A DNA stretch of 64,000 nucleotides from contig CM082579.2 of assembly GCA_040954595.2 (NCBI GenBank), positions 8,483,625 through 8,547,624 of the forward strand, given 5' to 3'. The position numbers and the translations under genes are program-made. Under the pieces are notes generated by a model. The model was not told the origin of the DNA, made no database searches, and was given only the letters and a program-made list of their open reading frames with translations. Source of the DNA: Balanoglossus misakiensis (lineage: Eukaryota > Animalia > Hemichordata). Positions 1-13,083 of the stretch are shown in pieces (position 1 is the first letter of the stretch; the number at the start of each line of letters is the position of its first letter).

Positions 1-43
1 TACAACCAATACAACAAGCGAACTCAGCAATAAAGTTCAACAG

Positions 44-234
44 TTAAAGGTATACAGTCACCTATGCAAATTTAGCTACAGTTAGCCGGGTAAATTGAGA
101 TCTAATCAATCACATATTTTCATGTCAAAATGAAAAAAGAGCGCCACCAAACGTTTTTTAGAACACTCAAATACGCCATTTCAGCTATATACATGTATGG
201 CGAATTTGGCGATATGTAAATCGGAGGTGACCGT
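44..234. mobile_element. Kolobok/T2-like MITE, right end truncated
   Basis: Begins TTAA-AGGTATACAGTCACCT and ends AGGTGACCGT. The body is the reverse complement of the complete copy at 55954-56127. Confidence 0.75.
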
Positions 235-1122
235 CAATCAATGACAATCAATCCATGCCATCAGCTTCATGTGCTAAAAATTAAGCCTACAGTCCACAGT
301 TTACGACCCCTGCTTCGTGTCAAAAGTAAGAAGAAATTTGTAATTGAACACTTCCTTATAGCTACAGGGTATACAAGAAGTAGTCTTCTGGTGAAAGAGT
401 ACGCTGACAATCTTTGAAATATCGATTACCAAGACTTTAATATAAGATAGCCCTGTGTTTATTTCCATATTTCCATCATTCTAAGAGTATCCATTCGACT
501 TCACAATACAAATGGCTACAGCAAAACTTTCTGATTCGCTGTCCACCAAATTAAAACATGCTGTAAAAATTTGCGACTACTCCAGTGTGAAATGCTCTTA
601 TCCGTGCACAGTTGATAATAAGGAATGATATGCTAAACTGCAGATCTGATTTCAGGCGGCCATCTGGCAGCCTCCCCTCTGCTGACTTTGCGATTTGACC
701 TCTTGACCGGAGCATATTACGGCCGAGTTGTTAACATACGGCATGCATCACGGGCGGAGAGAGAATCGCGGGGCCCGCCTGCTGGAAAACATCCATGGAT
801 TTCGGATGTTTTTCTTGGCAATGCTGAACTGTAGGTCTGCACCGATGGACCCCGGTGTGGAACTGGTTATTCTTGGAATGCATTCAACACCAGCAAAATT
901 ATCATAAAACGTCGGCCTTTTGAGACTCGATTACCGGCTTCGGGAATGGTGGAAGCGTTTCCCATTCCTCGGTAATTACGAATCTGACCCCACTGTGCGC
1001 TGGGGTTGATCATGCATGAAATAATAAATATCCCATTTGGAGGGCTCACACTGCGACGGGAACTGCCTTTGCCACTAATGGCATTACAGACAGTGAGTTG
1101 TGGATCGCGTTAGCTTATGGAC

Positions 1123-1293
1123 TAGACTCTCTCACAGCCCACGGTTCGCTACAAGGCTCTTCACTGACGCACCCTCAACCGTTTGGCAAGGGAGAAGCAC
1201 CGTTTGGTGTTGTGTAGCGAACCTCTCGCCGGGCACGCATGCAATCAGTCCTTAAGCCTGCATGGACGGCGAGAGGGGTTGTGAGAGAGTCTA
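1123..1293. mobile_element. MITE with TAG...CTA termini and 9-bp TSD (Academ/AcademH-like)
   Basis: TIRs TAGACTCTCTCACA / TGTGAGAGAGTCTA, flanked by the direct repeat CTTATGGAC (1114-1122, 1294-1302). Internal inverted repeats GGTTCGCTACA/TGTAGCGAACC and TCTCGCCG/CGGCGAGA. Superfamily inferred from termini and TSD length. Confidence 0.8.
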
Positions 1294-4200
1294 CTTATGG
1301 ACCACATTTGATGGCAGTGCAAAACAGGATTAAAGAGATTTACATTACATGTATTCCCAAGTCTGACATATCAGCACAGAATATTTCTCCAAAAAAGTTC
1401 GCTACATTGCAGCCATGGAGCAAATCTAGCTCAATCGCTGTATATTGATTCCCCCGGAGTAAAATGCTACTTATAATGCAACCGAGGATTGTAACCTTTA
1501 AATAAGCTTTTATTGACAAGTGTATTAACCAAGTCTCTCAGCAGCTTCTCGTAAATTTCATTGTAACTTTAAAGCTGGTAACTATGGCCAGTAGTTGTAC
1601 TGTTAGCCTATCCTCCCCCCCCCCCCTTCAGTACATGTATTTTTGTTGTGTGTGTATAGACTGCATCTTCTTGTTCTACTCCTTACAACATGCTAAACTT
1701 AAAGGCAAGGTATTTGCGAGCCAACATGTAATTTATTGTAATGTTTCATCCAATCAGTAAACACAGCAGGCGCAGGCCTGTGTACTTGATCCCAACCTTC
1801 AGAGGGCAGTGTGACTGTTTATCGTCATAACATGCCTACGTGCCAAACAGTGCATAATCACTTGTTGGACAAAAACTACGCTTTCTTTGATGATAGAATC
1901 CACAAAACCAGTGATGTAGACGTTGTCTTCAAAAGTATTTAAACTACAATATTGTATTCGTGTCCCATGTTAGAACTCCTCAGTTAATTTTATATACCCC
2001 CCCCCCCCCCCCCATTGAAGGGTTGATTTGTACACATTGATACATTTGATACTAAGACCCCTCAGGGGGTACAACCACTTTCTGTACTGGAACAATAGAA
2101 CATCCTCACCAAATAGTTGCACGAGGACAAACCTACTATGTATCGTTGATTCCTTTTAATGACAAAAAAACATACTGTCCACCACCATAACCAACATGTA
2201 TTTAATTAATGGGTCTCAATACAGTTTTTATGTACAAATTTTCCCAGGTTACGGCCATACTACGTTATGTGACACAACTGAAAGGTGACATCCATTATTG
2301 AAGACTCCCCATGAGTATTTTGGACGGATCTTTGACTGTTAACATAATGGAATGACTACAGAAATAGCAAATTATCAACTCATTCAGGAATGCAATGGAA
2401 TTTTCAGAGTTCATCTGATTTTCAGATGTATATTAATCATCATCTGTGTTCAGCCATCAATCATGTTTTATGAACTACAAGGAAGGGGTTGTATGTGTAC
2501 TGGCATTTTTGCATTACTTTAAACTCAAGATGATATTACACTGATATCAGAGTGTTAGTTAACATCATGTGCAAGCCAGCTGTCATGGAGTCAGTGATGT
2601 GGGCAGGAATACATTCAGGGCTACCTTGGAAGTTTTTGCACACGAACACTGGTTTCAACTTGACCGTGTAAGAGGGTACATGTGGAATGAATTCACTTGC
2701 ATCCTACTTGCCTGAACTGGAAAACTTCTAGGTCATGTTTAGTTGTTGTCTGCAGATAAAGACTCTTTATATAGCCTTACTATTTCTCTGATGTGGACAA
2801 TCAAGAAAATGACCGTCCCATCAATATCAGTAATTTAAAGCAACTTTGTACCATTCCAAACACATCAAATAAACAACAAGTAGCATGGCCTGTATTGCAA
2901 TGATTAATAATCATTTAATAAAATATACCACAACTACTGAACTCGTTAATTATGCAAATTACATGGATTATGCAATCCAACACTACAAAAATATTGATAT
3001 ACAGACATGTAATGATGTATACATAAAACCATTACAAAATCAACCCCCTAGGTTATCTTTCACTTTTTTGTTTCTTAAATTACCGACAAAATTCCCTTTT
3101 CCCTGTTTGTTTCCTGATCAGTGACATTCTTTAAATAGGTCGTTAAATTTTTTGCCATAAACCATTATTGCTGTTGACAACAGAAATCAATCTGTACAGG
3201 GTATGGATTTAGCCTCCGGAGACCCAACGGCTGTATTAATGCCAAGAGCGGGAGACCAGACCAATATTTTACACGCTACCATCAGATCACTTTACAGATA
3301 AACGAGAAGATGAACAAATATACAGTGGCTATCCTTTACAGGCTTTGCAAATGCGCGAAATATCCGCGCACGAGAAGCGGCCCACACCCGTAGTTTATGA
3401 GCTCATCTTTCTCAAATCAAGTCCAAAGAGACAGGACACATACCACACTTCCCAGTATTACGTAGTAACACCAGTCTTTGGCACGCATGGCTGATGTTCG
3501 TATACAAAGTGCACCAATTATTATTATTAAACAGTCAAATCCTTGCCGACTACATAGTATATGCTGCCATATTCTTGCATCTGTCAAACAGACTATCAGT
3601 TTCGCTGATCCAAGGATGGGTTTGTCAAATATCTAGACTTGTAACACACGACTAGATACTAGACTGGCACATGGGTGGGATAGATACTACTGGTACTCTA
3701 AGTTTGGGGGTTCCTAATTTTCTGGTCTTTCTCTGCGAACTGGACCCAGATCTTGGGGGGGGGGGTTCCAGTATTGGACAACCAGTACTCGAATCAATTG
3801 CCCTTCAGACTTCCTTTTGATGCAGTCATAACTCGTCATAAACATTAACAATATTGCTAGTGTCATTCACGTACCAATCAAACAAGATGACGCTAAGGAC
3901 AGTAGCAGTAACTTTTAACAATATCTTTTTTATTATCCCTATCAACTATATATAGTTTCTTGTCCTCTCTAGCTAGTGGCTACATCTCTCACAGAATATG
4001 ATGACAGGCTCACAGCTGGTCAGGACAGCCTTTATATTCTGACAATTACACTTTATCTGTCATTGCGTCAAATATATTCAGACCAACAAACCAGCAAGAT
4101 AAATGTACCACTTATCCAATTTGTTTTAACCATGCTGAGAATTTGTTTCAAATTGTTCCTTTTGTATGGTACATACATGTAGTCTACAATTCTATGTTCG

Positions 4201-5207
4201 ATTCCCCTGTCTGTGTGGTTCAAAGTACCAAGCAATCACCCAAGCCAAGATCTTAGACTAGCAATATCAGATGGCATATACACGCACAATGGTATTTCTT
4301 CACATTTTTGCTTTTTTAGAATCGGGCGATATGTATTTCAAAGTCACACTTTTAGTCGCAGCGATAACACAAATTGGCAAGGACGGTGTTATACTTCCGA
4401 CACCACGTCTAATGCAACATGACAGCTGTTTTCAGAGTGTGTGTGTACATAAGAACCGCCATTTATTTATATTTCAACTGTATACTTCCAAGTACTGGTC
4501 TCCTCGGTGTAACGGCAAATTGAAATATGCTAGGAGGCGGGGGACGTATCTGTAAGCATTCCAATGCAGTTACCCACACGTGCAGTACCTTGTTCCCGTT
4601 TTCTTTGGATCAGTTACGGTAGTCCAGAATCTAAATATTGGTGTTCTCTCACTCTCAGAGAGCCAGATACCCTGTTTCATGTCCAGATTCTACACTGCTG
4701 TCAAGAATTCTGTCAAATCGAAGAGAAACTGACCATGCAGGGTGTTGTTGTGTTGTACCAACACAGCCTAGTGTCTCGTCAGTCTTCATTCTAGGCTCTG
4801 CCAAAAATATGTTCATTTGAATGTATTTTTGGCAGAGGAAAGAAAATGCTACCTAGACATGACACATACCAAAGATGACCCTCAGTCAACTTTATCAAGT
4901 CTTCTTTTTGGAAAAGATCTTGTCCAAAAGGAAGACAGAGACATGACATGCAAATGAACATATCAATCTATTTCATCATGGTTTTGAAAAATAAATCAGA
5001 CAATTATTACTGGTAAAAACTTCTAAACGTAGAGTGAAATGATGTTTTCAAATGTTAAAGTAACAGACAAGAGATATAAAGTGAAAGGGTTATGAAACTG
5101 AAGGGAATTGTACACGTGCAATCATGGTTGATATGTGACACACAGAATTACCATCAACTCTACGCTGATTATCACCAACAACAAAAATCTGCACACAGAG
5201 AAATGAT

Positions 5208-5229
5208 GAGAGAGAGAGAGAGAGAGAGA
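5208..5229. repeat. (GA)n microsatellite
   Basis: Direct reading. Confidence 0.9.
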
Positions 5230-5447
5230 TTAGAGGAACTGGAAACCAACCAACCAAACAAAACCCACAGAGACAAAACTGAAGTCCACGCTGTGAGACA
5301 GAGGGAGAGATTATGAGATCCTTTTAGTTTTCGTTCACCACAGACCAAGTACACATTGTATACACAGAGATGCGAGAGCCGTTTTACCATAGAGAAACAC
5401 ATACAATAGTAGTGACACAATTAGATTTCTCATCTATTGCGTTTTAC

Positions 5448-5705
5448 CTGCTGTCACGTGCTGTGTCCAGAGGGCTTACGGAGGCAATGGAGACGATGCT
5501 GTTGCGGTTGGGATTCAGGTCAGCAGCAACACCGGAGGTAGCAGCAACGGCCGCAGCACCACCACCATGGTCCGCAGGGTCCGACGACTCCTCGTCTAGG
5601 ACGACCGACTTCTTTTTCAGGCTGCTGGCTTTCTTGGACTTAGGCATGAACTTGAACTCTTGCAGGCTATCAAATTTAGCGAACAGAAGTTCTCGGAGTG
5701 AGTGG
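5448..5705 (-). CDS. Probable coding exon of an unidentified minus-strand gene continuing beyond the left edge
   Basis: GC-rich open frame HSLRELLFAKFDSLQEFKFMPKSKK...SPLDTARDS, bounded by acceptor ctgcacag and donor cag|gtaaaa (phase 2). No family recognised. Confidence 0.5.
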
Positions 5706-6772
5706 CTGTGCAGTCCCATACAGTAACGAAGGGAAAACACTCAGAAGTACAACAGAGATCGACACACACGTAATGTACATGTACACGCAATATGCAACGA
5801 CAGGAACTAGTAGATTGCTCAAACTGATGATACAGCAGAATGAAATCTTGCTCAGAAGGCTAGAGCCCCGACCAACGAAGTGTGGAACTCTTCACATGAC
5901 ATAAACACTCTCCTAGTCGGTAAACCAAACCTTCCGTCACATGGAGAGACCTCCTCAAGGTTGTATCAATTCCACCACAAACACTCAGCTGCGCGCCCGC
6001 AGTTTTATCTCGGAACAATCGCCATGTACAAGTTGCCGGTCGGCCAATGATATCTCCTCACTCTCTCTTAAGCCACTTCCCACTTTTTTATGTTTTGTAT
6101 ATATATATTTTCCAGGCACAGGAAGCTGAACAGCATGCCTCCCTGACCTTCAGCAAAGGTCACAGGTTATCGCCAATGTTGCTTCTCTTCTGTTCCAGAA
6201 GCGAATGAAAGCTGCAGAAGACACGATTGCCAGCCAACACAGAGAAAACTGACGAAACTTCGGCACTTTAATCTGCCCAAGTCAGATTAATGTACCGAAT
6301 AATAACGAGCACAGCTGTCGACGATTACTTGACTCAAAGAGACACATTCCCTGGAATAATATACAGGTAATTATATTTAATAGGAGTGACTAATCACATG
6401 TGTGCAACCCAAAGAGATTATTCTTCATCTGCGGGGCGCTTGGAGCCAAAAAAAAAAATATTACAGAGACTGAGTATCCTGCTAAAATAATTTAACGATC
6501 TGAGACAGCTGAAGTAGCCTAAGAGTCTCAGTTGGCCTGTCAGACTGTTTCCTTTCAGTTGCAGATGAAGGATGCTGCCACTGGTTTGTAAAATAGGAGA
6601 ATGACCCCTGTCAGTTGACTTGGGACCAAACCATTCCATACACAAGGGGTGTGAGCTGACTCACTTTCGTTTTCCCCTTGCATTCAAAACACATTAGTAA
6701 ATTTCCATGGCCGTTTAATTTTTGGAGGAAAACACTTCCTTGCTGATTTAAAATTTCAACATATGTCATAGA

Positions 6773-7041
6773 CATTGTCTACTTGTATCCAATGCTGCCA
6801 TGTAAGTATAGTGGTGTTATAAGTGGTATTTGATGTGGATATATAAAAGTCTCACGGAAAATTAGCATACATTGTGTATTTGGTGGGAATTAATTAGCAA
6901 GCGAGGACAGGTGATTATCTTCCCCACATATGTTTAATTTCCCAAGAGAGGTCTTATAGTTATACCCACTGCCAAATACCAGAACACACCGTTTATGGCA
7001 TCACTATACAATATGGCAGCATCTGATACAAGTGGACAATG
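6773..7041. repeat. Degenerate ~270-bp foldback (old MITE-like palindrome)
   Basis: Nested complementary blocks: CATTGTCTACTTGTATC/GATACAAGTGGACAATG, ATGCTGCCAT/ATGGCAGCAT, TGGTATTTG/CAAATACCA. Confidence 0.75.
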
Positions 7042-10000
7042 CCATTATTTCAAATGCGACACTTGGGTGGGTGTAAATCATGCAAGTTCAAGGGCTCTTC
7101 GCTCACTGCTCAAGAACACGTCAGATGCGCTTGTGCAAACACTTTCTAGAATTTCTCAAGTGGTGTGACTTTATGCCATGGCTAGCATAATACAGAAAAT
7201 TATGTTCATTTCAACTGCGTTCTGTAATCTACATGTTCTATAATGTTTTTTTCTTATTATTATTCACAGTCCAGGGCCCAGGTTGAAAATTTAAATTCTA
7301 GGTTTGACCAAGGAGGCAGCTGGATTCAGACAAGCCATTAATGGACAATGTGTTTAACTTTTGCGCTTTATTCTTGGTGTTACAAGTGAGTTAGTTTGGG
7401 TAATACAAAATGTAGTACTTGCAGTCGACGAGAAACCATGCCTATCGTTTTTTAACAACAGAACCGTACAGACTCACCAAAGCCAACCGAGGTCACGCGA
7501 ACAAGTACTGTACATGTAACATGTCACTGCTAGCTTGCAGGCAACTTTGAGACAACTCCCTTGATGTCCAATTAGATCCTATTCACAGCGTCAAACTGAA
7601 TTGCCTTGAGTTTACAGTAAAGTGCCCAAGTATAATCCCACGTTGCCCCATTTATGAATGCCTGGCCAGGACACCAGTCACGATCATGAATCCGACCATC
7701 ACTACAGTAATGGTTACACTGCTAGCTAGTTTATGTTATTAATCAGTTTGAGGAAAACCAAGTCACATTTTCCCACAATTGGTTCTGTAAATGTCTGCTA
7801 CGAACATGTAACAGAACATCACAAACAAATACCGGATACTTGACACATCAGAAGCAAATAGCTGAGAGTTTTATACAACTCAAGAGTTTTAATTGGATGT
7901 GTTATAAATATAAGCAATGTCTGCATTTTTTTACATTCAGGACCTACATTTACTTTTGCCACTGGCACATTTCAAGGTACGGCAATGTACATGTACAAGT
8001 CATGTATACAAGGGCTCTTTATCTTATTAAAACCAGTCATATATTGTAAACTTTTGCCTATTTTCCCACGTTACCATTGTACCAACTGCAGTTTCTTGTT
8101 TTGACTTCCCTTAAAAAATGATGAAAAGGTGCAGATAATACAATTTTTATGTACATTGGGGCTACATGTATAAAGCATGCACCATACATGTACCTGAACA
8201 TCACTTGCATTGACTGTTTCCACACTTACTGCCCAGGTGAGAAAAATATTTGACCATGATAATATGCAGCTTATTTCTTTAAATACTATATATTCGATTT
8301 ATTCCTTTGTAAAAAGTTTGTTCAGCAAGATGTATAGAAACAAATTTATCATGTACTAAGTGCCAGGTGATAGTGGGACGTGACTGAAGTTGATGTCTTA
8401 TCAGCTGCAGCAGCTATTATCAGTTTCACTGGTGAGGATGTACAATGTTAATTGGTTTCCAGACATCTTGCTGTTTTAGCTGTTGTTTTAGTCCATCTCT
8501 AAGATGTTACCGCCAATTCACTAATGTCTGCAAACACAGGTGTAGTTATTAAAACAATATACAACTTTAAGTGTGTTTGTATCTCATCATCAAAAGTGTT
8601 TTCACCAAGGTTATCAATTCAATTGGTCACACCAAAACATACATGTACCTTTCACATGAAATATATGTATGTAGTCAAACCGTGTAAAGTAGTATATGGC
8701 ACCAAACAAATACCCTGCGAATATGTTTACAGTAACCGTTCCTTTAATGGCACCTCTATGAAGATTTAAAAAGTCCTAGTACATGGTACGGAGTACATGA
8801 GAGAACAAAGTGAGATTCAGTTTGAGGTCAGAAGCCAGGGAATGTTGATGACCACAAACACTTCACCCAATTACAATGTACATGTAGCTCGGCAAGGCCT
8901 GTGCCTATGTAATGCTGGACCACACAAGACGACGGGGTTATCACAGTTGTAACACACTGATACTGTAAAAGAAAAAAGATGACCCTCGCGGGGACTGGGA
9001 AAAGTGTGGTGGAACCAAGAAACGTCTCAAATTCACAAACGCTGCATGTATGCCAGGCATGTGTTTCACAGTGCTTTGGATCATAACCGAGGATTCCAGA
9101 CACATTATGGCACAGGGCAAGGTTGCGTCTCCCACACGAGACCCTTAAATTACAGACCACCTCTTCCACAACATATCAACGAAGACAACCATCCCTATCC
9201 AAACCACAGCTCCCACAAAACCGAAGAGACCTCCCTCCAACCGGCCAAAATCCCACCCCATTCACATACACGCCAGACCTCTGCTAGTCAAGTGCGTTCC
9301 CCTGTGACAGAAATATCATGGCATTAAAAAGCCTATTCCACTTAACTAAACTAAAAAAAAATTGAAGCAATGATGACATGTTTACCTAAAACTACCATCC
9401 GGGCCATTTCAAACAATAATTAATATGAAAACCATACCACACTTTGAATGATTTGTACCGTTCGTTAGCACAGTGTGATCACATAGAAATATTTCCCTCA
9501 GTGCGCAGGAAGTCTTCTTTGTTCTCTGTTTCAAGCTGTGTGCATTATCAGCCTGGTCCAGAGGCAATTATTTTTTCTTGTTAAATCTTAATTGCTTTCA
9601 CACTATCAGTGTAACAGATACACAAATCTGAAGGCAAACGTGATAAGCAAGTTGTGGTTGGTACAAAATAAAAACACTGAGTGCCTGAGGCGTACGTCCA
9701 TTGTAAGATAATGAACTGTGTAATTCAAGACATGTTCTTGTAAAAGAATTTTCTTGGGGCCTTCTTTATTTCAGGACTGCTGAATTATCCTTGGAAGACA
9801 AGATGTACAAATAATGCTGATGCATATTCAAACAAGACCTAGGCAGGGAGAATGAAGTGACCGCTTCATGCCTTGTACACACTAGAGGGCAGTATTGGTA
9901 CAGTGACAACACCACGGTTACTAGTAACCGTGACAACACCAATGAGAGTCCAGAAAACACCTTCACTAACCAAGCTGTGTACATGAACAAAATGGCAAAA

Positions 10001-10421
10001 AGGGCATTCTGCTCTAAATACATGAGAATTAAAAAAAAAATTAGTGCACACAGGACACAAATCATATGGTTCGCTTGAACCAGGAAAAATTATGAAAATT
10101 TCAGAAAGACTAAATTGTTCTGGGCATTTGGAACCCTTTTTAAATACATGTATATTTCATGTACATTTCTTTCAGTAAGCCAAGAGGATGAAAAAGCATC
10201 AACCGCCACTCCCCTACAACACACAGCCATTAATTTAAACAGGAAATGTCTACCAATAAATCAGGGTTCAGTCAAAATGTTATCTTTGGTACGTTTCGCC
10301 ATGGTTTCGCATGGGGTTTCCCCAAACCGACAGCCAGATAACAAATGATCAATGGGCACGGGTTACAGGTTATCAATAATCACACACACTACACAACAAC
10401 AGAAGACCGTCGAGTGGTGAT

Positions 10422-10516
10422 CCTGGCTTAGCTAGCTGCAGATACCGTACGGTTGTGAGTGGACGGCAAATAAGCGTACCAACATCCAGCAGGGTTCTGC
10501 AGCTAGCTAGACCAGG
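10422..10516. repeat. Short inverted repeat element
   Basis: Perfect 14-bp arms TAGCTAGCTGCAGA/TCTGCAGCTAGCTA, extended by CCTGG/CCAGG. No TSD seen. Confidence 0.65.
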
Positions 10517-11097
10517 TTTTTCTAAAGTTTACTTTGCGTTTTAATTTGCCAAAACACTGTAAGTGTAAATGTGTAAGGGCGGTAGCATGTATCATCATCT
10601 TTCCAGAATGCAAAAGTTTGGGCATTGCAAGGCCATCCTATCAAAAGAGAGCTGTGATTGTCTTGTTTACGCCAAGTCAGACACCTTCCCATTGTTCCTC
10701 CCATGAGAATCTTTTGTTTACCGTGCGTTACGTCGGTAAAAACAAAACAGCATCATTCGTTTTCCGGGAGTTGTACGTCACACATTTTGTCACACCCCCT
10801 CCCACTGCCGATGGATTGTGGGAATTGACTTTATCAACTTACCTTGTGTTGGGCCTCTGTTCTGTCCGTCTCGCACTCACCCAGACTGTGTGAATTTCAG
10901 AGAAATCGAGACTACTACTATTTCACTTCTCAAAATTCATGCTATCTACGAACTTTACGAAGACCTTCATTCCGCCAGCTGACCATTTCAAAAGATGCAT
11001 TTTGCGCCAGGTCATCGCGCAGAACAGGTCATTGAGTACCTAGCTTGGTGGGTTTTTTTGCTGGTATAAAATATTCCCTAGATTCGTCGACTTTAAT

Positions 11098-11119
11098 CAT
11101 AGACCCTCGAGGGTCTATG
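11098..11119. mobile_element. 22-bp perfect palindrome, possible minimal P-element-like MITE
   Basis: CATAGACCCTCGAGGGTCTATG, flanked by near-identical 7-mers CTTTAAT / CTATAAT. Confidence 0.5.
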
Positions 11120-13083
11120 CTATAATCCATTCCTACAAGTATAAAATTAATGGGAATTTCTTTATCTGTAAAAACATGTTGGCTACTACATTATGGCTAC
11201 TATACTATTCATTTCTTGTGCAAACTTTCCACTGTACCGTAGTTAGAATCTGGGAAAACAAAGTCAAGACAAAAACGGTGAATTAAAATCTTGACTTCAG
11301 TATTTCTTTCTTTCATACATTCATTCATTCTGACACTAAGAACTACAAACCAATATTCTGAGCAAGCAGGATGCTTTAAAAATCTTTATTGGAACTAAAC
11401 ATATAGTAATACTTCAATGATAAACGTGGCTTTCGCTCACTGTTTTACACTTTCACAGTCTGATATCTGAAATTGTACAATATAACTTATACAAGACAGG
11501 GGAAAAAAGTGTGAATAAAACATTTTCTGATTTATGAATAGGACTGGCAGTAGGGTCCTTAAAGATCTCTTTCTAAGTTAACTGTAATACATGAAATAGC
11601 AGAGTCATCTGCCGTGAATATAGAGAAACTAATGTCCAACTTCAGACAACTCTAAACAGGTAGTGTTTTCAAGATTACCAAAGTCTGCTGTTGTGCGCTA
11701 GTTCTGACCACTGTTCCTTCTGTACTCAAACCATATCACCCCCATCTCTCTGCATAATGATCAAACCCGTTCTATCTAACACCACATGGACTGTTCCAAA
11801 CTGTGAAGGGTCAAGGTGATTTAATATACCCTTTCACAACCACTTTTTGGTATAACCCTATTGTTTTCTATATTATGATTACATAGAAAAATAGGATGCA
11901 TTTGTTCTTCAGAGCTCTCTTTGGTACTACAAGCCACGCCATTGCAAATTGTTTAAGTCGTCTACGCAAGTTGGAGAAGACCATGTTTACAACATTTGTA
12001 GATTTACAATGCATGCACAGACATTGATAAGAACCTATATGTGCTGAAATATTACTGACTGCCATATGCTATGCTGAGTTTTCAAGTTTTGTTTTAAAAA
12101 TAAATACCAGAAACTTCAACAGCATTTTTAACTCATCACAAAGTAATAAAAAACTTGACAGATAACCAACAGCTATATTGCAAGCTCTGTAAATCAAAAG
12201 GTAAGGTGACCAGCAACTCACACATATACATGCGATGAGAAATATTCACCTGCAAGTTCTTCAAAATAACTTTAATAATACTGGCATAATTAAAACTGGA
12301 CAACAGTGGAAATATATTTATTGGGTCACAGTGCTAATAACGCCCTGCATGAGTAACTTTTCTTGAACGGGTCAACAAAGAATTTGAAGATGATGTGAAA
12401 ATGTCACACAAATGTCTATATAAGCAATAGTAAGAGAGCAATGACAGCTTTTATGAGACAGTAACCAAATAAGCTTGACTCCAAGTCAATCGTCCTGTTT
12501 TTCTACCTGTATTTTTTAAACTGAATGATGGCTCTTTTTTTAATGTCCAGTACACTTCTGCATCGCTTGCTGTGAAGTAACGCAAAATCAGGAAACAGGC
12601 AATTCAAAATGGATGGCAAAAACATAATACACAATGTGAGCAGACAAATATTCACCGCATTTGCATTGTATGTACCCCACACCTGCAAAAGACATAGCTG
12701 TTTTCTTTCACAGGGTATACACGTCCTGACAGTCACACTGGTTATGAAAAAAAAATTAAATCCTGTCAGTATATATAAGAAAATAAATATTTATACACCA
12801 TGCAAATACCCGACGATGCTTTAATTAAGACTGTGATCACAGACTGCAATCGATTTTCCCACGATTCCTCATCAGCTGAAAAAAGACAGCTGCTCACGGT
12901 GCTCATAGAACGGAAATTGTCCATGACAAACAAAAGACAAAACAAACGATGCCATCGGACATGATCAGCCAAAAATACACATAATAAATATTATATGTTT
13001 TCAATGATGCTTATTAATAAGATGTTACATTAAAAATTTCTTTACAATAATATTTTTTTGTGAGTTTGTGTAGAAACTAGACT

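Noticed and set aside
743-758. Shared 16-mer ATGCATCnnnGGCGGA between the 0.7-kb and 52.5-kb segments
   Set aside because: 13/16 identity between two ~500-nt regions is about what chance gives; not evidence of homology.
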